64,000 nt of DNA from Octopus sinensis (taxonomy: Eukaryota). Below, one piece after another: positions 52,634 through 64,000 of the stretch. Each line of letters begins with the position of its first letter. Positions within the stretch are counted from its first letter, which is position 1. Below the pieces are notes generated by a model. It did not search any database. It saw only the letters and a list, made by a program, of their open reading frames with translations, and was not told where the DNA came from. The stretch lies in NCBI RefSeq assembly GCF_006345805.1, contig NC_043017.1, forward strand, positions 8,804,001 to 8,868,000, in the 5' to 3' direction. The translations under genes were made by a program, and so were the position numbers.

Positions 52634-53216
52634 CAACAGGCTTCTTTCAGTTTCCATCAACCAAATCCACTCACAAGGCTTTGGTTGGCCCAAAAGCTAT
52701 AGTAGAAGACACTTGCCCAAGGTGCCACACAGTGGGACTGAACCTGGAAGCATGTGGTTGGTAAGCAAGCAACTTACCACACGGCCGTATATTCATAAAA
52801 TAAGGATAGAAATCACGTTAGTGATTATTATCAGGTAGTCAGCACGGAATAAAAATTATAAGCAATTTATAAATAATATTAATAATATATATATGATAGG
52901 CTTCTTTCAGTTTCCATTTACCAAATCCACTCGCACAGTTTTGGTAGAAGACACTTGCCCAAGGTGCCATGCAGTGGGACTGAACCCAGAACTATGTGCT
53001 TGGGAAGCAAGCTTCTTACCACACAACCACTGAATTATTATACATTATCTTTTAGCTTCAAGATTTTAGTGATGTGATTATTTATTTTTAGAATAACATT
53101 GTAGGATAGGTGTGAGAGGCTGAATCTGGCCAGTTTGAACATAGAACTTGTAGAATGTTTAGGCTGGATATTGCCAGTTTAAAAGCTAAAGGGTTAAAAA
53201 TCAAAATTAGCTACAA

Positions 53217-53525
53217 CTAACACCCTGACACCCCTAATAGCAAGGATTATGTATGATCCAGCAATTGGTTCCATCGACCCTAAATCCTATGAACAAAGTG
53301 TTAAGTATGGTCCAGAAACTGATTCCACCCAACAACTTATGACCAAAATTAAGGTAGGCCTAACACCCTGACACCCCTAATAGCAAGGATTATGTATGAT
53401 CCAGCAATTGGTTCCATCGACCCTAAATCCTATGAACAAAGTGTTAAGTATGGTCCAGAAACTGATTCCACCCAACAACTTATGACCAAAATTAAGGTAG
53501 GCCTAACACCCTGCTACCCCTAATA
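53217..53525. repeat. 143-bp tandem duplication: two identical copies plus a partial third
   Basis: The unit CTAACACCCTGACACCCCTAATAGCAAGG...AAGGTAGGC starts at 53217 and 53360, with a partial copy at 53503. Confidence 0.95.
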
Positions 53526-55291
53526 ATGATGATTGACTGGTCCAATCAAGACCAAGACATGTTAGGTCTCCAACTTGCAAACATTAAATCATTTGACATT
53601 AAATTCTGACAAAACATCTACTACCACCACCACCACCATAGCTACCACCATCATCATTAGCTGTCACTGTAATGCTCATATATTACAAGGTAGTCTTAAA
53701 AACCCATAATATTGGGGTGGAGGGGTATGTTTAAGAGGGAGGGGTGAAGAAACGAAGAAGTGTGGAAGGGAAGGAGAAGGGCAGAAGGGAAGGAGTTGGG
53801 CAGTTTGTAACGACATTCTGTGGACAGACCAAAATAGTGCTGGGATGTCTTGACAGCATATTTTGTTACATATTAACTGCGCATAATATATATAAAACAT
53901 ATGCATTTGCATATATGTATATAAATACATATATACACACACTGACGCATGCACACACATGCATATATATATATATATGCACATATAGACACACACAAAT
54001 ATATCTATTTCATAAATACATTAATATTGTCAAACATGCTTTCAATATATATATATATATATACACACATACATATACACACAGACACACACACTCACAC
54101 ACACGAAATGACTGGGTTTATTTGGAAATGGATTCACCATCGTCATTTCATGTCCACTTTCCATGCTGACATGGGTTGGACAGTTCTCAACAGAAACCAA
54201 AAAGCCAAAAAACTATGCTGAGCTCCAATATCTGCTTCGACATGGTTTCTACAGCTGGGGGCCCTTCCTAATGCAAACCATTTTACAGAGCATGCAAGGA
54301 GCCTTTTTTCCTTTCTTCTTTCAAGGCACGGGTACTAGTTAGATCACCAAGTAACTTGCTAGATAAAATAAGACCTCCCTCAATTGAGTGGGGGGGGGTT
54401 GTTTTAAAAGAGGTGGGTTTGATGCTAGAGATGGGACTATGATAGTGGAACTGGAATTAGTTTCTTGCTGTGGAGGCACTACATGGCTATCTTAGCTGGA
54501 GAAAGGAATATGATGGTGGTGATACAGTGACAGAGGATACCCTCAAGGTACAAGAAGGTGAATGGATATAGGAAAGAAGAAGAAAACTATACAAACATAA
54601 TGAGTGGGGGAGAGTAAGGGAGACACACTACCATGGACTTAAAACCCTTTGGCCAGAATATTCTACCTGTTTCATGTTCAATCTGGCCAGATCTGACTTC
54701 TCATGCCTACCCTATGATGTCATTCTAAAAATAATCAATCACATCATCAAAATATCAAAGTTATGAAAGAATAAGCAATTAATTTCAAAACATGATTAAA
54801 TAAGCATTATATTTGATAGAGTAATCTGAATACTAAAGGGTTAAATGCACTTTGTGGGTGTGTGTGTGTGTGTGAATATATATATGTGGTTGTGTGGTAA
54901 GAAGCTTGTTTCTCAACCTCATAGTCCCAGGTTCAGTTCCATTGTACGGCACCTCAGGCAAGTGTCTTCTACTATAGCCTCGGGCTGACCAAAGCCTTGT
55001 GAGTAGATTTGGTAGACAGAAACTGAAAGAAGCCCGTCATATATATATAAAAATGTGTGTGTGTGTGTATGTGTGTGTATATGTTTGTGTGTCTGTGTTT
55101 GTCCCCCCCAACATCACCTGACAACTGATGTTGGTGCATCTATGTCTCTGTAACTTAGCAGTTCAGTAAAAAGGATTGATAGCATAAGTATTAGGCTTAT
55201 GAAGAATAAATCTTGGGGCTGGTTCATTTGACTAAAGGTGGTGCTCCAGCACAGCCATAGTCAAATGAGTGAAACCAATAAAAGAATAAGA

Positions 55292-55339
<48 letters not shown>

Positions 55340-55373
55340 TATATATAAAAGTAAAGTATATATATATATATAT

Positions 55374-55430
<57 letters not shown>

Positions 55431-55978
55431 AAGAGGTATATAGATAGAACTAAGCTGATGGTAGAAGAATAATCAGATAATAGATTGAGGAGTGGATATA
55501 CCTACAACTGCAGGTGTCAATAAGGTGAATTCTCTCAATTTTTTTCTTTTTTTATTACCTAATTACTCTGACTCACATTCTAATATGTCCCACTTACTGC
55601 CAAGGAGAAAGCCAATTTCATTGACCCCAGAGCAAAGTTGACCTTGGTGGAATTTGAACTCAGAATGTAAAGAAAGATGAAATGCTGCTGAGCATTTTGC
55701 TTGGCATGCTAACCGTTCTGCCAGCTCACCACCTTCAACAATAATAATAATAATAATAATGGTTTCAAATTTTGCCACAAGGGCAACCATTTGGGGTGAG
55801 GACATGAGTTGATTACATCAACCCCCCAGTATTTCACTGGTACTTAATTTATCAACTCTGAAAGGATGAAACGTAAAGTCGACCTCAACAGAATTTGAAC
55901 TCACAACACGAAGACAGACAAAATACTGCTAAGCATTTCACCCAGCATGCTAATGATTCTGCCAGCTTACCACCTTAA

Positions 55979-56199
55979 CCCTTTAGTGTTCGCATTATTC
56001 TGCCAAAATTAATGCTTCTTCATTTACATTGTTTTGAATTAATCATGCATTATCTTGTAGTTATAAGATTTTGATGAGGTAGCTGTTAATTTTTAAAACA
56101 ATATTGTAGGGTTGGTGTGAGAGACCAGATCTGGCCAGTTTGAACATAAAACAGGCAGAATACTTTTGGCCGGATATGGCCGGTTTAAATGCTAATGGG
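55979..56199. mobile_element. piggyBac-type MITE, second subfamily (221 bp)
   Basis: TTAA|CCCTTTAG...CTAATGGG|TTAA. Related decayed copies lie near 435-664, 21625-21842, 42930-43154, 53045-53197 and 54640-54844. Confidence 0.8.
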
Positions 56200-56351
56200 T
56201 TAATAATAATAATAATATAATAATAATAATAATAGATTTATCTGGTACAAGGGGAGCAAAGGGGATATATTACAAAAATCAGTTACGGAAAAGAGTAAGT
56301 GGAGACATTATTAAATCTCAGAATGAGATGTAAACAGTAATCGCTCGATAA

Positions 56352-56430
56352 TGTAAAGTATAGAAGCCATCTTAATAACACCTCCTCCCCTTTGTGGTTA
56401 GCCATATTAAGATGGCTTCTATACTTTACA
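56352..56430. repeat. Perfect hairpin: 26-bp arms, 27-nt loop
   Basis: TGTAAAGTATAGAAGCCATCTTAATA (56352-56377) pairs with TATTAAGATGGCTTCTATACTTTACA (56405-56430). Confidence 0.95.
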
Positions 56431-56877
56431 GTAAGTGGAGAATTTTACATCAAATGAAAAGAAAGATGTATGCAATATGAATATATAATAAAAACTAGGA
56501 TACCCTACAAATCCTTAAACTTTTTATTTTTCAACACTAAGCCGAGAGACTTTCTCATTACTAAGAAATTAAAAGTGAAGATGTAGACGGAAGCCATTCA
56601 GCCACTCCAAACTCACCATTCCCACACACCTTTCAACAAATTTACTGGGAAGCAGCACTTCCCATCACACTATTGCCCTACTTTTCAAGAGGAATTTGAA
56701 GTAGATAACAATGTCTGTCCTCAAATATCCCAAAAGTCCTTCATCACACTAACTGCCCCACTTTTCCCCAACCAAAGGAGGGCAGGTGGTTGGGGAGGGA
56801 TTGTTTCAGGTCTCAGCTGATAGCTGGATCTGTCCTACATATAACCAGTCTTCAACACTAACCACCATGAGACAGTA

Positions 56878-57680
56878 GATGCTAAATTTTGCTGTGAAAA
56901 GCTGGTTTTAGCAGCTAAAATAATCAAATATTTTGATTGGCTATCCAAGGGGTAAATTGCAGGGATTGGATTGTGTTCTGTATGAGTTTTTTCTGTATGT
57001 GCTTTGCACACATCTTGGTCAAACTCAATTAATGGCACTACCGTAACTAAAACAGGGGCTCTCAACCATCTTTTTTCTATGGACTCTTTTGATTCCTCTT
57101 TTATTCGGGTAAACCCTTACAAAAAAATCATATATATTTTCATAATTAAATATCATTAGGAATTGTATTAAAAAAATTGTTAAAGTATTTTATATACTGC
57201 AGAAAAGAAATTTATTGCACATAACTTTTAACAACAAAACCTTATATGGATCCCAATTCAGAACCAATAGTCTTGAGTTTATCTTAACTTGGTAACACCC
57301 TACCCCAGTGGCACCACCAGACCCAATGACTTTTGGACACTGTGCACAGACTGAAAAGTCCTCTATACTGTCCTTGATGATGTCTAAAACTGTCCACAGG
57401 CCATCGTCATCCATACCTTTCACTAACCCTTTATATAATACTTGTATGAGCACTTGGTAACATTCCAGATGCCAGAGTGACCCACATTTAACCCCAGCTC
57501 AGTCAAAGAGATGAGCTGCAGAAAGATGCAAGAAGCCACAATCCAACATGTAACAAAAAAAGAAAAAAAAACTCATACAGAACACAATCCAATCCCTGCA
57601 ATTTACCCCTTGGATAGCCAATCAAAATACTTGATTATTTCAGCTGCTAAAACCAGCTTTTCACAGCAAAATTTAGCATC
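56878..57680. repeat. Long inverted repeat pair (about 115-bp arms, about 570-bp spacer)
   Basis: 56878-56992 versus reverse complement of about 57565-57680, two mismatches seen. The ORF track shows the same peptide KTHTEHNPIPAIYPLDSQSKYLII on opposite strands. Confidence 0.92.
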
Positions 57681-57689
57681 ATCTGCCAA

Positions 57690-59100
57690 GAGTCACAGAA
57701 GACCAGAATTGTTGGCATCAAGTTACATTGCTTCCAGTTCATCATTCCTCCAAGAATTGTTCAGTGAAGCTCTACTGAAGAACCATATATACATATTGGA
57801 AATGGGCTAGCACAAAGACCGGAATGTGGCTATGTTGCCACACTGTGTCTCTGCTACATGGGCCCGTTTGGTCACTCTCAAACAATGAAGAGGAACCAAC
57901 CTCAAATCATCACCTTCACTACCTTACAACATTAGGATTAATGACCTACCATTGTTCTGGTAGGTCATTTGTTCCACCATGTCAAAATGTATGCAACAAA
58001 GTATAGACAATGCATGAATTTGCATTTTGAAAAGAAAAAAAAGAAATGAAATAGCTTGAGACATACTTCACTGCTGGCACATTATATACAAATGCTTTAC
58101 CTAACAGCCTCTTCAAGACTACTTACAAACCCCTTCTCTAATCTATTGTTGTTTAGTGCCAGTTCTAGTGGATCCTATCATAATTTTCCTCTTACGGTGA
58201 CCTATTGCCTCTTGTTGATGCTGTCTCTCACCAGTCATTTACTGGTTTATTCAACTTCCGGTTATTGGAATCTTTTCTAGGCAACCTGTCAATGATTACT
58301 GTACAGATACCAAACTTATAATCTGTATGGTTAACCACTTTCAGTTGTTGGCATCCTGCACAATCCCCAGATAAAAATTCAATCTGAAATATATCCAAAA
58401 GATCCACTGCAATTTACATCTGCACATTTGATCCATTTAAAACCTTTCAGAAAACATTTGAGCAAAGCCAAAAACTTTTACATATGCCTCATCTATCAGA
58501 AACTCCCATAGAATCTCAGTGTGCATTTAGGATTCTATTCCAGTCTCCAACTACCACCGATATAGATGAGATGTTTCTAGGAACAAGCCTCTTTCAAAGG
58601 ATAGGCAGTAACCAGCTACAATGCATCACATTTACTGCCACACATCACTAAGATTACTGACTGACCAATCAGGTCCATAAAAGAGTGTTTTTACTGGAGA
58701 GCCAGACCTTTCTGGAACAACACTGCCACACCACTCAATCTGGCTCAATATAGCAAGAGATATAAATCCTGTAATCATTGCATGCTGCTCAGAAACTCTG
58801 ATTCTAGAGGTGGCTCTATTACATCTAAGTTTAATGATCTGGGATCATTCAAAAAGTGGCCCTGCTTCCAGATGCTTCTCAGGTCACTCAGCATGACTAA
58901 CAGGAGATGGGTCAAGATCATTTACTATAGGATTCATTAGGTTTTGGATTCTCTAAAGGACCCCTCCAACATTTAAAGTGTTGGAATCTTCTTAACCTAC
59001 TTCATGTCCATTGGAAATTTTCCCCTGTCATTATACATATTGAGTTTGACCTCACCAAGAGCCTGTCCTTAGCAGTTTTTATATACAATATTGCAGATCA
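57690..59100 (-). mobile_element. Possible highly decayed LINE ORF fragment
   Basis: About 1.4 kb free of microsatellites, with broken minus-strand frames; no diagnostic motif recovered with certainty. Confidence 0.3.
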
Positions 59101-59380
59101 CTCATTAATTATTTGCGTGTGTGTGTAAGTATGTGAGTGTGTACATATATATATATTTTTTTTTTACTACCCACAAGGGGCTAAACATAGAGGGGACAGA
59201 CAAACGGATTAAGTCGATTACATCAACCCCAGTGCGTAACTGGTACTTAATTTATCAACCCCGAAAGGATGAAAGGTAAAGTCGACCTCGGCGGAATTTG
59301 AACTCAGAACGTAACGGCAGACGAAATACGGCTACGCATTTCGCCCGGCGGGCAAACGTTTCTGCCAGCTCGCCGCCTTG

Positions 59381-59421
<41 letters not shown>

Positions 59422-61011
59422 TACTCTTTTGTCTTAGTTGTTTCAGTGATAGGACTGCAGCCATACTGGAGCACTGCCTTGAAAGATTTAGTTAAGTTAC
59501 TAAATCTTTGTGAGTTTTTCAGTGATTGCACAACCTGCTATTACCCAGATTATACAGTGTGCATCTACACACACACACACATACACTCATACCCACAAAT
59601 CCTGAGTGAGGTACCCATATAAACGGTCCTCTTAAACAAATTCAGGAACAGAACAGTTTTCTGAATGAAATTCATCTCACAGAAGGAGCTGAAATTAGAT
59701 CAGCAAATTACAAGCTGATTGTACACATGTATAACTAACAGGGAGCCCGTTCAATAAATTTGTGGAATAACAAATTATGGGTAGACTACACATGTTTAAG
59801 TATTGGGAGAGTATACATTATTAGTATGCTCAAAGAAGAAGTTGTATTGCAAACAGTTTTTTGAACGAAAATTATGTTGAGCCAACAAACTGAAATTTGA
59901 ATAACAGAGTATGAAAAGACCGTACATGTAAATATGAGCCTGGGAAAGTGTGAACAAATGGTTTGTTAATGGCCATGTACACATTTCATGGAGCTTGCAG
60001 GTTTTCATATTCTATAGGGAAAATAATGTCATGTTTCTCAGCTAACAACACAACCAGGGAATGACAAGGGTAAGGCAAAGGGGAAACGTATATAGATATA
60101 TATACGAGGGGGTGTTGAAAAGTTCCCGGCTTTAAGGGTATCGCAAAGGACCTGGTTGGAGATCCAATGCACAAATTGTTCATAACCTCTGCCGACCTTT
60201 CAAGGATAGCATTATTCTCAGCAATAATCATTAGGCAAGTGCTTTTATATACACACACATACACAAGTTATATATAATATATATAGACCATCATATATGC
60301 ACAGCGTATAGTATACAACCTTCACCCCCACACACACAAACACAAGGGGATGTTGAAAAGTTCCTGGCTTTAGATAAAAGAAAATAGAGGAGGATCAGTT
60401 AATTATGATTTTATCGAACATATTCCCCTCTCAGATTCACACACTGATTGCAGAGGTCCTTCAGTTTTTCTAAGCCCTGTAAAAAAAACTCAGAAGGTTG
60501 GGCCTCTAACTGAGCCTTTTGCAATACCCTTAAAATCAGGAACTTTTCAGCACCTCCCTGTGTATATTTGTGTGTATGTGTACATATAATCATCATCATT
60601 TATCATCATTTAACATCCATTTTCCATGCTGGCATGGGTTGGACAGTTTGACAGGAGCTGTTCGGGTTCCATGTCTGTTTTGGCATGGTTTCTACAGCTG
60701 GATGCCTTTCCTAACGAAATAAGGAGGGCAACAGAAGCAGTATTAATAACAAAAGGTAATATTTATTCCCACTGAAAAGTTGATGTGTTAGAACAAACAA
60801 ATACTGCAATATTTACCATGAAAGAAAAACCCTCATATGGTTTTGGGGGACTATTTTACTATTTATATATATATAAATCATGCTTTATATATATCTATCT
60901 ATAAATCTCTTTATATATATATATAATCATGCTTTATATATATCTATCTATAAATCTCTTTATATATATATCTATATACATACATATATAATATATATAT
61001 ATATATATATG

Positions 61012-61244
61012 CAGTAGAACCTCGATTTTCGAACAACTCTGATCACGAATAAATCGTACTTTAATCTCCTGTCTTCCTAATATTCACTTAATACAGTAGT
61101 ACCTTGGTTTACGAACGCCTCTGTTCATGAATAAATCGTGCTTTATATATCTATCTATATCTGTGTGTATGTATATATATATATATATATATATAAAGCA
61201 CGATTTACTTGCGATCAGAGTTGTTCAGAAACTGAGGTACACTG
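61012..61244. mobile_element. pogo/Tigger-like TIR cluster
   Basis: CAGTAGAACCTCG...AAATCGTACTTT (61012-61062), a second direct copy (61094-61144) and an inverted copy (61195-61244), set in (TA)n. Confidence 0.65.
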
Positions 61245-61278
61245 TGTGTGTGTGTATATTATATATATATATATATAT

Positions 61279-61438
61279 ATAACTTTGAATTAAGTAAATA
61301 AATGGAAACATTCAACTTATCTTGGTAAACTGTTAAAGGCGGGGAAGATTATATCACACTGAACAACAACACACACACACACACATTTTTGTTTGCATGT
61401 ATCTGTGTAAATGTATGTTATGTGTGTGTTCTCTCTCT

Positions 61439-61474
<36 letters not shown>

Positions 61475-61664
61475 TTTTACTTGTTTCAGTCATTTTGACT
61501 GCAACTATGCTGGAGCACCGCCTTTTGTCGAGCAAATTGACCCCAGGACTTATTCTTTATAAGCCTAGTACTTATTCTATCAGTCTCTTTTGCCGAACTG
61601 CTAAGTCATAGGGACATAAACACACCAGCATTGGTTGTCAAGCACTGTTGGGGACACATACACA

Positions 61665-61704
<40 letters not shown>

Positions 61705-62087
61705 ACAGGCTTCTTTCAGTTTCCGTCTACCAAATCCACTCACAAGAATTTGGTCGTCCTATGGCTATAGTAGAAGACACTTGCCCAAGCTACTTACCAC
61801 ACATCCACTGCCGTAAGTAGCTTGCTTACCAACAACATGGTTCTGGGTTCAGTCCCACTGTGTGGCACCTTGGGCAAGTGTCTTCTGCTATAACCTTGGG
61901 TTGACTAAAGCATTGTGAGTGGATTTGGTAGACAGAAACTGAAAGAAGCCCGTCATATATATATATATATGTATATGTGTGTGTGTGGGTGGGTGTGTAA
62001 GCATATATATTCAAATAGACACATACATTATACACTCATAATTAAATATACACAAGTAATGCATTTTGTGTATAATATAAATATACC

Positions 62088-62134
<47 letters not shown>

Positions 62135-62275
62135 CACACATAATATACATTTACACAGATACACACATACAAAAATGTGTGTGTGTTGTTTGGTGTGATA
62201 TAATCTTCCCCCACCCCTGAACAGTTTACCAAGATAAGTTGAATGTTTCCATTTATTTACTTAATTCAGAGTTAT
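61279..62275. repeat. Long inverted repeat pair (about 97-bp arms)
   Basis: 61279-61375 versus reverse complement of 62176-62275 (GAATTAAGTAAATAAATGGAAACATTCAACTTATCTTGGTAAACTGTT shared), roughly 90% identical. Two opposed SINE copies lie inside. Confidence 0.85.
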
Positions 62276-62318
62276 AACCTTTCTCAGATTATTGTATAAA
62301 CTCTAAACACACACATGA

Positions 62319-62349
<31 letters not shown>

Positions 62350-62848
62350 TGAATAAACATATGTAGCTAAACATTATACAAACACACAAACATACACACA
62401 CACACACAGGTGGCTGTGCTAAATTCTATCATCCAACTGTTTCTTTTTTTTTGTTTTTGTTTTATACCACCGCCAACCCACCAACAACATTACAAGACCA
62501 CTACAGTCCCAGTACCACCACCACCACCACCACCACCAAGAGCCATTATCATCATGAGGCACATCCTGTAATCTCTAAAGATCAATGGAGTGATGATAAC
62601 ATTTTTATTTTATTTTAAACAATAAAATAAATAAATAACAAATAAATAAATATGCGAGTTGGCCCCTTGACCCGGATAGATAAACAAACCAACAACACAA
62701 GTGTTCCTGTATTGTAAAGTAGTGGGTGAGATGTGTGTGTGTGTGTGTGTGTGTGAGTGAGTGTGTGTGAGTGTGTGTGTGAGTGTGTGTGTGTGTGTAT
62801 GTGTGAGTGTGTGTGCACAGCTTAAATGAAGAGACTTAGAAAAGCCTA

Positions 62849-63500
62849 GTGCAAGTACTCCCTTGGCCAATTGTGATTTATGGTTGCAAAGCATGGCCGC
62901 TAAACAGCATAAAGTATTCGAAATGTGAGTGTATAATAGGAGAATGTTATGGATTTCTTACAAGGACAACTGAATGGATGTTACAAGTATGTGAAAAACG
63001 ACAATCCTCAAACATCATCATCATCATCATCGTTTAACGTCTGTTCTCCATGCTAGCATGGGTTGGATGGTTCGACCGGGGATCTGGGAAGCCAGAAGGC
63101 TGCACCAGGCTCCAGTCTGATCTGGCAGTGTTTCTACAGCTGGATGCCCTTCCTAACGCCAGGATGCTCTTCCTAACACCAAGGATGCCCTTCCTAACAC
63201 CAAGGATGCCCTTCCTAACACCAAGGATGCCCTTCCTAACGCCAGGATGCCCTTCCTAACGCCAATGCCCTTCCTAACGCCAGGATGCCCTTCCTAATGC
63301 CAATGCCCTTCCTAATGCCAATGCCCTTTCTAACGCCAGGATGCCCTTCGTAAGTTTTAAAAACAAAAGTTTGTCTATTATGGCCCTATTCGAAGAAGCA
63401 GAGGTTTGGAAAACGTTATGATGGAAGGCAGAGTAGAAGGCAATAGATCAAGAGGCAGGCAAAGAACACAATGGACCAAGAGCTAGTTGGATAAGAGTAG
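62849..63500 (+). mobile_element. RTE/BovB-like LINE relic, collinear, interrupted by a SINE and minisatellite
   Basis: 62849-63000 encodes VLPWPIVIYGCKAWPLN; 63370-63490 encodes GLENVMMEGRVEGNRSRGRQRTQW. DNA similar to 22130-22485. Confidence 0.75.
63142..63350 (+). repeat. 18-21-bp minisatellite, about 10.5 copies, derived from a SINE core
   Basis: Tandem (GG)ATGCCCTTCCTAAYRCCA(A) units; the same motif occurs once in other family C SINE copies. Confidence 0.92.
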
Positions 63501-63645
63501 CAAGGCAGCAGGAGAACTTGCACTTAATCAAGAAGACTTTCAGTGTAGTGCCATCAATGCACTGCAGGTGTATGACACAAGACAATGATGATGATCATAT
63601 ATATATATATGTATCATTTTTTTCTCTCCTTGTTTTTTCTGTGTC

Positions 63646-63683
63646 CCTTTCTGTAGAAGAGCGAAGGTTCAAAATGCAAAAGA
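63646..63683 (+). ncRNA. Degenerate hammerhead-like motif (family 2)
   Basis: CCTTT-CTGTAGA-A-GAGC gaag GTTC-AAAA-TG-CA-AAAG. Flanks are homologous to 16390-16530; G12A and U16.1C lesions. Confidence 0.45.
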
Positions 63684-63756
63684 CTTTTTTCTATTCCTGA
63701 GCGTTCTGTTTGTTTGTACACCACCTGTCTTTGTCTTTTGTTTTTTCGTAAACTCT

Positions 63757-63813
<57 letters not shown>

Positions 63814-64000
63814 CTGTGCAGGTGGCACGTAAAAAGCACCCACTACACTCACGGAGTGGTTGGCGTTAGGAAGGGCATCCAGCTGTAGAAACACTGCCAG
63901 ATTAGACTGGAGCCTGGTGCAGCCTTCTGGCTTCCCAGATCCCCGGTCGAACCGTCCAACCCATGCTAGCATGGAGAACGGACGTTAAACGACGATGATG

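Larger units (their letters stand above)
63022..64000. mobile_element. Two opposed, nearly identical family C SINE segments
   Basis: 63022-63161(+) versus 63861-64000(-): 4 mismatches in 140 nt. Other family C copies lie at about 6190, 12140, 12780, 18280, 35930, 54120 and 60590. Confidence 0.9.

Noticed and set aside
53217-53525. CRISPR-like or functional array
   Set aside because: Eukaryotic context with contiguous identical units and no spacers.
2643-56625. Su(H)/CSL sites TGTGGGAA (about 2643, 21323 and 56618) as Notch autoregulation
   Set aside because: A handful of 7-8-mer matches in 64 kb is about chance level, and no paired-site geometry was seen.
57765-57810. CTGAAGA...GGAAA sharing AAGCTCTACTGAAGAA with 25744
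   Set aside because: Stem II register is inconsistent with G12, there is no NUH site or stem I, and the similarity does not extend.
1-64000. Most ORF-track entries (poly-YI, VC, HT, LSIY, poly-T/V/H peptides)
   Set aside because: They are translations of (TA)n, (CA)n, (TCTA)n and (ACC)n repeats or of SINE consensus, with no splice or domain support.

Overview
AT-rich, microsatellite- and SINE-dense animal genomic DNA. The repeat landscape resembles that of coleoid cephalopods, most likely Octopus (recognition from memory, not a database hit). The only protein-coding signal I can support is four minus-strand exons: 32092-31953, 28901-28767, 27844-27646 and 19043-18910. They have canonical AG/GT ends and compatible phases, and splice into one 608-nt open frame matching Notch from the end of EGF1 through EGF6. 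I found no other exons, so the window appears to lie within Notch, with flanking introns of >31.9 kb and >18.9 kb. Almost all ORF-track entries are microsatellite or SINE artefacts. The introns hold tRNA-derived SINE families, piggyBac-, mariner-, pogo- and hAT-like MITEs, a mariner transposase relic and RTE-type LINE relics. The most unusual signal is a set of short dispersed repeats carrying minimal type I hammerhead-ribozyme-like folds, as known from Penelope-like elements and retrozymes. These include two different units in tandem at 16190-16530, two apparently non-canonical cores (CCGANGA and CUGUNGA), and one candidate trapped in a perfect 63-bp palindrome. Every copy has at least one lesion, so they are probably relics. 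Also noted: an in-frame internal splice donor that could remove most of EGF2, several near-perfect hairpins and long inverted repeats, and a probable twin-priming LINE inversion.
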